Positions 1 through 9,377 are shown, numbered from the stretch's first letter. The stretch is 64,000 nucleotides of DNA from Acidimicrobiia bacterium (GCA_038250905.1 JBBSBV010000026.1:310-64309), one strand, 5' to 3'. Numbers and translations: made by a program. Notes: generated by a model from the letters alone, not told the origin.

Positions 1-2
1 GA

Positions 3-881
3 CAACGAGCCGGTCCCGACGCTCTTCGTGAGCGACACGGAGCGGCTCGTGCCCTGGGTCGCCGGGTTCAGGTACGCGTCGAACATCGTCACCTTCGAGA
101 CGAAGGATCCACCGTTGCCGACGTGCACCGAACCCGAGGCGCACGTCGGGCTCGAGTTGGTGTAACCCAGTTTGCTGGGCGCGCCCGCGACCACGGTGAT
201 CGACGTCGAACCGGTGAGGGCACCGGCCGTCGCCGTGAGCGTCGCGGTCGCCGCGTTGTACAGCTTGATGGAGGCCGATCCGACGCCCGAGGTGAACGAG
301 ACCGACCCGGGGTAGAGGGGTGCCTGACCCGAGTCACTATCGGCGGGGCCGGTGAAGGTGACGGTCTTCGAACCGGAGTAGCTGGTGTCGGTCGTGACCC
401 CGTCGGTGGTGGCAGTGATCGTCGCAGTGAACGCAGTGCCGGCGGTCTTGTTCCCGGCGGTGACCGAGACGATGAAGTCAGGTGGCGCCGACGTGGTCGC
501 GGAGAACCCGGACGTCTGGCCTGAACTCCAGTTGGTGCCGATCCGAGCCTCGACGGTGTAGGTGTACAGGGTCGATGCGCTCAGGCTGGTGTCGTCACAC
601 GCGAAGGTGCTGCCGCTCACCGTGCACACCGTCGCGGTGGACGGCGCGGTGCGGCGCACTACGTACTGGGTGGGGGTGGCGCTGGCTCCGCTCGGCGCGA
701 CCCACGTGATGTGGATCGACGTCGAACCGGTCTCGGTGGCAACGGTGGTCGTGGCCGGACCGATCCACAGCCCCGCGCTGTAGCCGGCGCCACTGCTGCT
801 CGGCGACCAGGACGCCGACGCGCCGACCTGCGTCAGGACGAGCACCATGACGGTGACGAAGGCGAACGCCAAGCGCCTCAT
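3..881 (-). CDS. Secreted Thr/Ser-rich surface protein with FN3-like domain and SipW-type signal peptide (runs off left edge; absent from ORF track)
   Basis: Read manually on minus strand: MRRLAFAFVTVMVLVLTQVGASASWS...SIHITWVAP...YVVRR...YTYTVEARIG; ATG overlaps upstream TGA (ATGA at 878-881); no stop before window edge. Confidence 0.8.
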   Translation of the reverse strand, partial: MRRLAFAFVTVMVLVLTQVGASASWSPSSSGAGYSAGLWIGPATTTVATETGSTSIHITWVAPSGASATPTQYVVRRTAPSTATVCTVSGSTFACDDTSLSASTLYTYTVEARIGTNWSSGQTSGFSATTSAPPDFIVSVTAGNKTAGTAFTATITATTDGVTTDTSYSGSKTVTFTGPADSDSGQAPLYPGSVSFTSGVGSASIKLYNAATATLTATAGALTGSTSITVVAGAPSKLGYTNSSPTCASGSVHVGNGGSFVSKVTMFDAYLNPATQGTSRSVSLTKSVGTGSL

Positions 882-1417
882 GCCGCGGTTCCGGAAAGCG
901 AGCGGCGACGCAGCACGATGGTCAGTCCGGCGCCGGCTGCGACGAATCCGATCAGGAACAACGACACCAGGCCGGCGCCGGCGCCCGTGAACGCAAAGCC
1001 CCCCGCCGGGGTGTTCGTGCCGCTGACGATCTCGGCGCGTGCGTCGAAGGTGAGGGGGAACATGGCGCCTTGGCAGTCGTCGGGCGCGGACACGAGCATC
1101 TGCACCCGCACGGGGACGACCGCGGTGTGGTGCGATGGGACGACGATGTCACCCGAGAAGGTGTGCGCGATGACGTTGCTCGCCGGGCACTCAGGACCGG
1201 CGTCGCCGACAACGACGGCCGCAGCGAGCACCGCGAGGTCGTATGGCTGTGGGTTGTACACCGAGACCGGCACCACGAGGTCGGCGTTCGGGTACAGGCC
1301 CCGGAAATCGGCCGTCATCACGAAATCGTGGTCGGTGGCTGCGCGCGCGGTCCCGACACCCGATGCGGTCAGCACCGCGAGCGAGAGGGCGAAGAGTGCG
1401 AACAGTCGGGTGAACAT
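878..1417 (-). CDS. TasA/camelysin-like secreted subunit with C-terminal sortase-like sorting signal
   Basis: Signal peptide; GLYPN...VYNPQPY...C...DDCQGAMFPLTF shared with neighbour; C-terminal FAFTG + hydrophobic helix + RRR. Confidence 0.7.
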   Translation of the reverse strand: MFTRLFALFALSLAVLTASGVGTARAATDHDFVMTADFRGLYPNADLVVPVSVYNPQPYDLAVLAAAVVVGDAGPECPASNVIAHTFSGDIVVPSHHTAVVPVRVQMLVSAPDDCQGAMFPLTFDARAEIVSGTNTPAGGFAFTGAGAGLVSLFLIGFVAAGAGLTIVLRRRSLSGTAA

Positions 1418-1445
1418 GGCTCGGGACCGGAGCCTGAGATGGTGA

Positions 1446-1480
1446 GCCGGTCCGCAGACGTCATGCGTCCACGGACCGGC
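1446..1480. terminator. Strong intergenic stem-loop between first and second fibre genes
   Basis: GCCGGTCCGCAGACG-TCATG-CGTCCACGGACCGGC near-perfect inverted repeat; no U-tract. Confidence 0.5.
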
Positions 1481-1511
1481 CCCCAACATCAGGACTCCGG
1501 AACGGGGTCGG

Positions 1512-2018
1512 TCAGCTACCGGCCGTGAAGGTCACGGGAATCGTGAACGTCGCGCCCTGGCAACCGGTGTCCGAGGCGTTGGACATCGCCACGCTGGGCA
1601 CCGTGAACGAGAGTGAACCGCTCGCCGGGACCACCTTGGAAACGGCGGTCGTGGTGTACGAGACGCCGGTCGTGACACACGAGACGTGGCCCGCGTCTGC
1701 CGTCGCCGCGCCGTTCGCGTTCACCGAGGTGATGGTCACCGGGAACGGGTTCGCGTTGTTCACCGTGAGGTACAGGTTCGCACCGGTGATCCCGGGGTAG
1801 AGCGCCGCGGTCGTCGTCGCGACGCTGGTGGTCAGCGCCTGCGAGGACAGCGCGGTCGCCGTACCAGTGCCGCCGCCGCCGACGGTCCACGCGGCGAACG
1901 CCGCGCTGGCACCGAGGGCTGCAGTGAGCGACAGCGCGAGGACTGCGACCTTGCGCTTGCGACTGCGACTCCGGCGCGACCCGCGACCGCTCTCGATCAT
2001 TTCCACTGAATCTGACAT
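1512..2018 (-). CDS. TasA/camelysin-like secreted protein with SipW-cognate signal peptide (putative major fibre subunit)
   Basis: RKRKVAVLALSLTAALGASAAFAAWT signal; LYPG...NNANPFPV...SC...DTGCQGATFTIPVTF; GAGGA RBS before ATG 2018; true gene is the 3' part of ORF 1512..3008. Confidence 0.75.
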   Translation of the reverse strand: MSDSVEMIESGRGSRRSRSRKRKVAVLALSLTAALGASAAFAAWTVGGGGTGTATALSSQALTTSVATTTAALYPGITGANLYLTVNNANPFPVTITSVNANGAATADAGHVSCVTTGVSYTTTAVSKVVPASGSLSFTVPSVAMSNASDTGCQGATFTIPVTFTAGS

Positions 2019-2103
2019 AACGGGGGATTCCTCATTTCTGTGAAGGCCGGAACGGGAGGGAACCGGCAAGATGAGGAGTCCTGTTCTCCTCGACGTGCGC
2101 ACG

Positions 2104-2131
2104 TCTTCGGCATAATTTGAGAAAACCTGAG
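2104..2131 (-). promoter_or_regulatory. Putative sigma28 (FliA/WhiG-like) promoter
   Basis: Minus strand TCAG-N15-GCCGAAGA upstream of fibre operon. Confidence 0.45.
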
Positions 2132-2260
2132 CGCTCCAGATCGGGAAAAACCGCTCAAGGTTCGCTCGTGGCCGCGCGTGGGCGCGTGACCCGATATACC
2201 GCCCGGAAAATCGGGGCCGATTCCGCGTCGTCGGGGCTCGGTGGCGCCGGGCCCGTCGAC

Positions 2261-2851
2261 TCAGTGCGGGAGCCGCGCGTCCGCCACCAGCCGGCCGAGC
2301 GGCGTCAGCCGGTATCCCACGAGCAGGGATTCGGTCAGGTCGAGGGCCTTGAGCTTGCGGACGTCGGCCTTGAACTCGAGTCGGGGTCGATCGAGCGTCG
2401 CGGCGAGTTCGGTCGACACCGTTTCCGGATGTTCGCCGATGAGTTCGAGCACCGCCTGGGTCCAGGGCCCGCGCTTCGATCGCGTATCCATCCGGTCGAG
2501 TCTCTCCACGACGAGTTCGACGTGCGCGTCGTCGAGCGGAACCGCGACCGGCACGGGTTCCACGTCCACGACGTGGAAGTCGATCCGGTAGAGCAACGTG
2601 TCGTCGTGGATCGGTCCGGCGTGGGCGGCGCGGTCGCGCAGGGCGTCGAGATCCGGGACGCCCGCGTCCCGCACGTCGGCATCGGTGATCGCGGCGAACG
2701 GGAGCAGCTCGATCGAGTCGACCTCGATCACCGCCGCACCGACGTTGTAGCGCCCGCCCACCTTCGCGTGCGGACGCTTCCACAGCCGGAACGTGACGGT
2801 GATGGTCCCGTCGGCAATCGCCGCGTGCGAATCGTGCGTGAACTGCATCAA
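2261..2851 (-). CDS. ASCH/PUA-like domain protein with C-terminal HTH-like region
   Basis: AIADGTITVTFRLWKRPHAKVGGRY, FKADVRKLKALDLTESL motifs. Confidence 0.7.
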   Translation of the reverse strand: MMQFTHDSHAAIADGTITVTFRLWKRPHAKVGGRYNVGAAVIEVDSIELLPFAAITDADVRDAGVPDLDALRDRAAHAGPIHDDTLLYRIDFHVVDVEPVPVAVPLDDAHVELVVERLDRMDTRSKRGPWTQAVLELIGEHPETVSTELAATLDRPRLEFKADVRKLKALDLTESLLVGYRLTPLGRLVADARLPH

Positions 2852-2868
2852 GAGCAGACGCTACGAGG

Positions 2869-3378
2869 TCAGAGATCGAGCCGCATGCAGACCCGGGTCG
2901 TGGGGTCGAGACCGTGCCCGGCTTCCTCGACCCGCAGCGCGCGGAGCGCGTCACCAAGTTCGTCGTCGGCCAAGGATCGATATCCGAGATGCGCGTACAA
3001 CGGTGCATTCCAACTCACGTCGCGGAACGTACTCAGGGTGATCGCGTCGAAACCCTGCTCGATTGCCCACACGCGCGCCTGGTCCATCAGCAGCCGGCCG
3101 ATCCCCCGCCCCTGCGCCTCGGGAACCACGCTCACCTGCTCGACGTGCGCCGCGCCACCGAGGCGGTCGACCACGATGTATCCGAGTATCCGGTCGGCAT
3201 CCTCTGCGACCCAACTCCGCCCGTCATCGGCGTAGGCACGCAACTCATCGACCGAGAACGGATCGTGGGCGGCAATGGCACCGAGACCGACGGACCGGAA
3301 CTGTTCACCCGCTTCCCGCTCGATCGATCGGAGCCGCTCGCTGTCGGCCACGATCGCGTTTCGAATGGTGACGGCCAT
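2869..3378 (-). CDS. GNAT N-acetyltransferase
   Basis: VSVVPEAQGRGIGRLL acetyl-CoA motif; WNAPLYAHLGY. Confidence 0.85.
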   Translation of the reverse strand: MAVTIRNAIVADSERLRSIEREAGEQFRSVGLGAIAAHDPFSVDELRAYADDGRSWVAEDADRILGYIVVDRLGGAAHVEQVSVVPEAQGRGIGRLLMDQARVWAIEQGFDAITLSTFRDVSWNAPLYAHLGYRSLADDELGDALRALRVEEAGHGLDPTTRVCMRLDL

Positions 3379-3486
3379 GCGGCGAGTCTCGCTGCTCGAC
3401 CCTGACCGGAGCGGGGAATTCGACGGGTGGACCCGGTCATTCGAGCCGGGGGGCGCGTTTGGCGCGCTGCTACCCTCGACGCCTTC

Positions 3487-3560
3487 GCGGGTGTAGCTCA
3501 ATGGTAGAGCCCCAGCCTTCCAAGCTGGCCATGCCGGTTCGATCCCGGTCACCCGCTCCA
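3487..3560 (+). tRNA. tRNA-Gly(TCC)
   Basis: GCGGGTG acceptor, CCAGC-CT-TCC-AA-GCTGG anticodon arm, GGTTCGATCCC, encoded CCA. Confidence 0.97.
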
Positions 3561-3648
3561 CTCTCTTTGCGCAGGTCACACCGCATGGTGCACACCTTCA
3601 CCAGCGGCCCCGATCCGACGTCGTACGACCCGGTGCGAAGATGACCGG

Positions 3649-4209
3649 GTGTCCGCGGCGACCATCGAGTTCCCCCACCTGACCCTCGACGACCTCCCAC
3701 TGATCCGCCGGTGGCTGAACATGCCGCACGTGTACGAGTGGTGGGGCGTGGCGTCGGGACCCGGGTCACTCGGCGGTCCGGGTGACGCCGCCGCCACCGA
3801 GGCGCAGGTCTACGAAAAGTACGCGCCGGGGGTCGACCCGGAAGCGGTCGGGACGCAACGGCACGTCATCACCGTCGACGCCCGTCCGGTCGGACTCATC
3901 CAGTGGTACGCGCTCGCCGACGAGGCGGCCTACGCAGCCGAGATCGGCGAGGCCGAGCCGGGCGGCGTCGGCATCGATCTCCTCATCGGCGAACCCGACC
4001 GCGTCGACCGCGGACTCGGTCCTGCGGCGCTCGATCGGTTCGTGACCGAGATCGTGTTCGCCGATCCCACGATCACCCGCGCCATCGGCGCACCGCACCC
4101 GGACAACGTGCGATCGTGCCGCGCGTTCGAGAAGGCCGGATTCGTGTTCGTGCGCGACGCGGTCGTGGCGGACTCGGGACCCGAACGGGTCCACGTACGC
4201 CGCCGCTGA
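3649..4209 (+). CDS. GNAT acetyltransferase (AAC(6')-Ib/siderophore acyltransferase-like fold)
   Basis: RWLNMPHVYEWW, GIDLLIGEP..RGLG, PHPDNVRSCRAFEKAGF. Confidence 0.8.
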   Translation: MSAATIEFPHLTLDDLPLIRRWLNMPHVYEWWGVASGPGSLGGPGDAAATEAQVYEKYAPGVDPEAVGTQRHVITVDARPVGLIQWYALADEAAYAAEIGEAEPGGVGIDLLIGEPDRVDRGLGPAALDRFVTEIVFADPTITRAIGAPHPDNVRSCRAFEKAGFVFVRDAVVADSGPERVHVRRR

Positions 4210-4269
4210 CCACACGAGTGCCCGCATGCCAGCATGTCCGAACCCGTCCGCCCGCACCGGGGGAACCGC

Positions 4270-5079
4270 ATGAAGATCGATGGATTCACCGACGGCGAAC
4301 TCGAGCGTTTCGCCGGGTTCCAACGGCTGTCCTACGAGATCCAACGATCGGTACTCGACACGATGCACGACGGCATCACCGAGCGGGAGGTCGCCCGCCA
4401 ACTCTTCCGGCGGTATCGGGACGAGGGCGTCCGGGGCTACTTCCACCTTCCCGTCGTGCTGTTCGGCGATCGCACGGCGGTCCCGGATCCCTGGACCGTG
4501 CTCGGCTTCTGGCCCACCGATCGTGCGCTCGGCCCGGGCGACGCCGTCATCGTCGACGCCTCGCCCATCTTCGGCGACTACCTCGTCGACACGTCGCAGT
4601 CCTATCGCCACGGACCGAACCCGATCCACGCCGCCATCGCGCGCGATGACCTGGCATTCCGGGCGTCGATCCTCGAAGCCGTGCGCGCCGGCGTCACCTT
4701 CCGCGAGATCGCGGTCGCTGTCGATACCGACCTCACCGCAGCGGGCTACTCGAATCGCCACGTGAAGCACCCGGGCGAGGTGCTCGGTCACCGCGTGGCC
4801 CGACTCGGGCGCGACGTCGAACCCGACGCCGACGGATTCGACCAGACGCTGATCCGCTGGTTCGTGACGGAAGTGGCGGGCGCGACGACTCCCGCCCATC
4901 CGTCACCGACCTGGAACCACCACTCCGGTTCCGACCATCCGCCGGCCGACGGACTGTGGGCCGTGGAACCACACATCGCACGCGAAGGGATCGGCGTCAA
5001 GTGGGAGGAGTTGCTCGTCGTGCGCGGGCACGAGATCCACTGGCTCGATGATGCGCCACCCCACGTGACGGCGCCCTGA
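4270..5079 (+). CDS. M24 family metallopeptidase (catalytic domain only)
   Basis: Metal ligand pattern VDAS, VDT, GHRV, AVEPH, KWEE. Confidence 0.75.
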   Translation: MKIDGFTDGELERFAGFQRLSYEIQRSVLDTMHDGITEREVARQLFRRYRDEGVRGYFHLPVVLFGDRTAVPDPWTVLGFWPTDRALGPGDAVIVDASPIFGDYLVDTSQSYRHGPNPIHAAIARDDLAFRASILEAVRAGVTFREIAVAVDTDLTAAGYSNRHVKHPGEVLGHRVARLGRDVEPDADGFDQTLIRWFVTEVAGATTPAHPSPTWNHHSGSDHPPADGLWAVEPHIAREGIGVKWEELLVVRGHEIHWLDDAPPHVTAP

Positions 5080-5140
5080 CCCAGCGTCCGCACCCTCGGC
5101 CCGGTCCGTGACCCAGCCGGAACTGCCAGACTCCGCCGTC

Positions 5141-5578
5141 ATGGAGGCCTTCGTCGTCGCACCCGCGGGGTTCCTGCTGGCGGTGCTGTGGTTCGACCTG
5201 ATGTTCGACACCCAGGTGCGTGGCGCCCATCCGGCCGCCGGCGCGGTCACCTCCATTTCGGCCTATTACCGCCGCGTCACCACCGACGCCCGGCCGATGA
5301 ACTTCGCGGTCAGCGCGGCGATGGTCGCCACGACGGCGGCCATCGTCGTGGAGATCGTGACCACGAACCCCGTGTGGCTGGGCTGGGTGTCGCTGGCCCT
5401 CGCTCTGGCACCGATGGGTCTGGCGGCCGGTCGTACGGTGCCGAACGCGAAACGGCTCGGTCAGGCCAGCGGACCCACCGAAGACCAACTCCCGCGCGCC
5501 CGCTCCGTTCTGCGTGACCACCGGTGGTGCCTCGTCTCCATCGCGCTGTTGGTCGGCATGCAACTCATCCACGCCTGA
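5141..5578 (+). CDS. Small integral membrane protein
   Basis: Four hydrophobic segments; GFLLAVLWFDLMFD and AYYRRVTT motifs. Confidence 0.7.
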   Translation: MEAFVVAPAGFLLAVLWFDLMFDTQVRGAHPAAGAVTSISAYYRRVTTDARPMNFAVSAAMVATTAAIVVEIVTTNPVWLGWVSLALALAPMGLAAGRTVPNAKRLGQASGPTEDQLPRARSVLRDHRWCLVSIALLVGMQLIHA

Positions 5579-5607
5579 CCGGATCCCGGTCGGCCGAAAG
5601 GAACGCA

Positions 5608-6456
5608 ATGGACCCGCTCGTCGCCCGTCGCACCTGGCGCACCCTCGAACCAATCCACGGCATGATCTACTTCTCGGGGGAGGCCGGCGCCGAGTACGAA
5701 GCGCTCGGGTTGTCCGGTCAGATGGGGTACTTCGCTTCCCGCGCGGCACCGATGGGTGCAGTGCCCGCCGAAGTGGTCATCGCGACCTTCTTCAACTTCC
5801 GCCCCGCACTCGTACGCGAGTCGATTCCGGCGGCCTGGCAGATCGCCACCAGGGATCAGATCCTCGCCGCTCGCGTCAGGGGCGCCGATGCCGCACTCCG
5901 GCGCACGCTGGGCGGGGCGGTGGATTCACCCGAGATGATCGAAGCCGCCGATCTCGCGCAGCGCGCCGCCCTCGTCGCGTGCGAGCACCTCGACGGTCGT
6001 CCGCTCTTCGCGGGGCACGCGTCACTCCCCTGGCCCGACCCGCCCCACCTGCGTGTCTGGCACGCCCAGACCCTCCTGCGCGAGTTCCGCGGTGACGGCC
6101 ACATCGCCGCCCTCGTCGCCGCCGGCCTCTCCGGACTCGAAGCGGCGATCACCCACGTGGCGACCGGCGACGTCCCCGGCGCGGTGATGCTCGCCACCCG
6201 CGCCTGGCCGGCCGACGAGTGGCGGGCCGGCGTCGACGGGTTGCGCGCACGCGGCCTCCTGGAACCGGGCGACGACCTGACCCTCACCGACGCCGGACGC
6301 GCGCAACGGCAATGGATCGAGGACGTCACCGACACCTCCAGCGCGGTCGCCTACGCGACCCTCGGCGAGGACGCCTGCGCCCGCCTCCGCACCCTCACCC
6401 GCCCCTGGAGCAAAGAAATCGTCGACCAGGGTTTTTTAGCCCCGCGGACGCCCTGA
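5608..6456 (+). CDS. SCO6745/SalK-like protein
   Basis: LEPIHGMIYFS, YFASRAAPMG, TFFNF, LREFRGDGH. Confidence 0.8.
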   Translation: MDPLVARRTWRTLEPIHGMIYFSGEAGAEYEALGLSGQMGYFASRAAPMGAVPAEVVIATFFNFRPALVRESIPAAWQIATRDQILAARVRGADAALRRTLGGAVDSPEMIEAADLAQRAALVACEHLDGRPLFAGHASLPWPDPPHLRVWHAQTLLREFRGDGHIAALVAAGLSGLEAAITHVATGDVPGAVMLATRAWPADEWRAGVDGLRARGLLEPGDDLTLTDAGRAQRQWIEDVTDTSSAVAYATLGEDACARLRTLTRPWSKEIVDQGFLAPRTP

Positions 6457-6492
6457 CCCTTCCCGCTCCCGCACGCATACCAACCGTTACTC

Positions 6493-6579
6493 GAGCCGGA
6501 GCTTGCGGAGGCGAGCAGTCCGGGAGCGAACCCCACGTCACGGATGACGAGGAGCAGTGTGAGCGGACGGACCGAAATG
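6493..6579 (+). repeat. Dispersed ~85-bp intergenic repeat, copy 1
   Basis: GAGCCGGAGCTTGCGGAGGCGAGCAGTCCGGGAGCGAACCCCAC...GTGAGCGGACGGACCGAAATG; matches 29811-29896, 40438-40509, 57974-58060. Confidence 0.85.
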
Positions 6580-6599
6580 ACGTGGGAGCGAACGAGCAA

Positions 6600-9110
6600 T
6601 CAAATCGGTGTGGGGGCGTACTCGTCGGGCGCTTCGCCCTCGGGGCGAGGCTTGACGAGTCCACGCGACACCCAGTTGTGCTGGTCGGCCCAGACGAGCA
6701 TCGGCGGCAGCACGACGAGTGCACTCAGTAGCGCGACCGCCACGTTGACGGCCACGATGATGCCGAAGTCCCGCAGCAGTGGCAGCGAGGATGTGGCGAT
6801 GACCGCGACCCCGGAGATGGCCGTGAGGGCGGAGACGATGAACGCGCGTCCCGTGCGCGCGGCCGCCACGTCGACCGCTTCTTTGGGACTCAACCCTCGT
6901 CGTCGTTCCTCGACGAACCGCAGCAGGATCAGCGAGGTGAACTCCGTACACGCCGCGACCACCAAGGGACCACCGACGGCCGTCATCGGGCTGAGGGTGA
7001 AGCCGGCGAAGTAGGCGAAGAGCGACGCGACACCCACCGCGATCATCACCGGCACCAACGACAGGAGCGATCGGATGACCGAACGCAGCCGGACGGTGAG
7101 GAACAGGAAGACGAAGCCGATCGAGAGGTAGGTGAGCAGAATCCGATTCGCCTCGAGGTTGTCGAGGAGCCCGACACCCACGACCGCGAGGCCGGATGGC
7201 GTGGCACGGATCCCGGCGGGCGGCTGTACGCGCTTGCGGATCTCCTTCACCACGACCGCTCGTTTCGCCAGCGATGCCGGGGTGGTCGCGAAGATCAGGT
7301 TGACCGCCTTCCCGTCCTTACTCACGGTGGAGCTGCGGATCCCCGCGGGCGCAACGTCGAAGACCCGCTTCACCTCGGCCCCGGTGGGCACCACCGGCTG
7401 GGTCCCCGGTACTTCGGTGAGGAAGCTGACGATGCTGACGATGCTCGAGGCATTGGCCAGCACCCGCTTCTGCGGGCCGATGGCCTTGGCGTCAGCCGGA
7501 CACTGCTGTCCGGCGCGCTTCGCGTCGCCGTAGCGACACAGCTGTTCGGCCGTGAAGTCGTCGACGAACTTCACGGTCTGGTTCGAGAACGCGTGGCCCG
7601 AGACCACGTACATCCCGAGCTCGCTCGAGATACCCGCCTGGTGTTCGATCTCGTGGATGTTGCGCACCGCGGTGGACGACGGGCTCACCCACGCGATGGG
7701 GTCGGTCTGGATCTCGAGTTTGTTTTCCACCAGTACCCCACCGACGAAGACGACCAGCGCGGCCCCGACGAGCACGGGCGCGACCTTCGACGACATGCCG
7801 CCGAAAAAGACGACGAGGCGACCGAGCGGGCCCTCGCGGTAGTCACGGGACTGGGTCGGTGACCGGTACTCCCGAATTCCGAGCGCCGAGAGCGTGCCCA
7901 TGATGGACACGAAACAGATCGCGGCAACGCCCACCGCGAGCAGGAGCCCGAAGCTGCGAATCATCGGCACCTTCGAGAACCGCAGGGCGGCGAAGGCGAA
8001 GATCGCGTCGAAGGTCACGACGATCAGTGCGGGTCCGAGGTTGCGGGCGGTCTCCTGGATCGGATGGGCCGAGTGGTCGATGATCACCTCCTCCTCGATC
8101 CGGGCGTGCATCTGGATCGAGTAGTCGATGCCGATCCCGAGCATCACCGGCAGGCCGCTGATGGTGACGAGCGTCAAGGGGATACCGAGATACCCGGCCA
8201 GACCGAACGCCCAGACCACACCGATCAACACGATGCCGAGTGGCAACAGCCGCCACCGGACGTTGAACAGCACCAGCAGGATCACGATCATGATCGCGAC
8301 CGCGATGCCCCCGAGCAGCAGCATTCCGCCCTTGAGGTACTTGTTGATGTCGTTGAGCAGCACCGCCGCGCCACCGGTCACGATCTTCGCGTTCGGGAAC
8401 GAGACCGGCTTCATGGTCGCGATCGTGTAATCGGCACCGCGACCTTCCTGCTCGATCGACGCGTTGCCTTGCAGTCGCGTGATGATCAACGCGTGACGCT
8501 GGTCCGGGAAGAACGGCAACAACGCCTTACGGACTTCACCCTGGTTGTCGATGAGGAGGAACTTGACCCAGTCCGGGTTCGCGAGCGTCTGATCGGCGCA
8601 CGGGACGGCGTTCACGCGTTCCAGGGTCTTGGTCGCGTCGGTGAACCGAGCTGCCTGCTCGGCCTGAGGCGCGCGGGCCTGGGCCGCGAGGATCAACTCG
8701 CCGGCGATGCTCTTCGTGGGGTCGCAGGTCTTGCTCGAGACGAGGTTGTTCGACAGCTGCAACGCGTCGACCGGCGTGATCACACCCAGGATGTCCTTGC
8801 GGTCCATCGCCAGTTGCTTGCCGATGGCCTGGAGCTTGGCGCGGTTCCGGTCGTTCAGGAGTTCGTCGACCGTGTGGCCTTTGTCCATCGAGATGACGGT
8901 GAGCATCGCCTCGCCGCCGAACAACTTCTGATACGCGACGTTGTCCTTGTAGACCTGGTCGGTCGTGTTCAGGTACGCGTCCTGGCCGGAGGTGAACTTC
9001 AGCTGCGTGATCCCGGCGCCGAGCGAGAGCGTGATCAGGAGTCCGACGATCGAAACGACACCTGCCCGCTTTCCGAGGTTGACTGCCAACCAGGACCAGA
9101 ACCGATGCAT
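6600..9110 (-). CDS. RND/MMPL family transporter (HAE3-like)
   Basis: Two repeats of 1 TM + large loop + 5 TM; GIGIDYSI motif. Confidence 0.9.
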   Translation of the reverse strand: MHRFWSWLAVNLGKRAGVVSIVGLLITLSLGAGITQLKFTSGQDAYLNTTDQVYKDNVAYQKLFGGEAMLTVISMDKGHTVDELLNDRNRAKLQAIGKQLAMDRKDILGVITPVDALQLSNNLVSSKTCDPTKSIAGELILAAQARAPQAEQAARFTDATKTLERVNAVPCADQTLANPDWVKFLLIDNQGEVRKALLPFFPDQRHALIITRLQGNASIEQEGRGADYTIATMKPVSFPNAKIVTGGAAVLLNDINKYLKGGMLLLGGIAVAIMIVILLVLFNVRWRLLPLGIVLIGVVWAFGLAGYLGIPLTLVTISGLPVMLGIGIDYSIQMHARIEEEVIIDHSAHPIQETARNLGPALIVVTFDAIFAFAALRFSKVPMIRSFGLLLAVGVAAICFVSIMGTLSALGIREYRSPTQSRDYREGPLGRLVVFFGGMSSKVAPVLVGAALVVFVGGVLVENKLEIQTDPIAWVSPSSTAVRNIHEIEHQAGISSELGMYVVSGHAFSNQTVKFVDDFTAEQLCRYGDAKRAGQQCPADAKAIGPQKRVLANASSIVSIVSFLTEVPGTQPVVPTGAEVKRVFDVAPAGIRSSTVSKDGKAVNLIFATTPASLAKRAVVVKEIRKRVQPPAGIRATPSGLAVVGVGLLDNLEANRILLTYLSIGFVFLFLTVRLRSVIRSLLSLVPVMIAVGVASLFAYFAGFTLSPMTAVGGPLVVAACTEFTSLILLRFVEERRRGLSPKEAVDVAAARTGRAFIVSALTAISGVAVIATSSLPLLRDFGIIVAVNVAVALLSALVVLPPMLVWADQHNWVSRGLVKPRPEGEAPDEYAPTPI

Positions 9111-9242
9111 TGAGCCTCCCCAGGTGAAGGCCGGAGGCTACCGGTGCCACATCTCCACCGACAGAGGCCTTGGTCCGTGCACGAACCCTCCGCTGATCGC
9201 GGGCGGCAGCCGTTACACTGCTCCTCGCCCGGAAGGACACGA

Positions 9243-9316
9243 GCGCTCGTAGCTCAGTTGGATAGAGCAGCGGACTTCTAATCCGCCGGTCGGAGGTTCG
9301 AATCCTCCCGGGCGCG
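9243..9316 (+). tRNA. tRNA-Arg(TCT)
   Basis: GCGGA-CT-TCT-AA-TCCGC anticodon arm; GGTTCGAATCC T-arm. Confidence 0.95.
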
Positions 9317-9377
9317 CGAGAGATCAGCAAGACGGGGCACCGTCGTGCGTGCTCGGTTGCTCCGGCGACCGATTCTT

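Noticed and set aside
2019-3008. Long N-terminal extension of ORF 1512..3008
   Set aside because: Arg-rich and overlaps the ASCH and GNAT genes in another frame; the RBS supports the start at 2018.
3649-4209. Bona fide aminoglycoside resistance gene
   Set aside because: Only fold-level similarity; no mobile context.
6493-6579. Repeat as a CRISPR array or riboswitch
   Set aside because: Copies are dispersed, not tandem with spacers; no cas genes; mostly at gene 3' ends; no riboswitch consensus I recognise.
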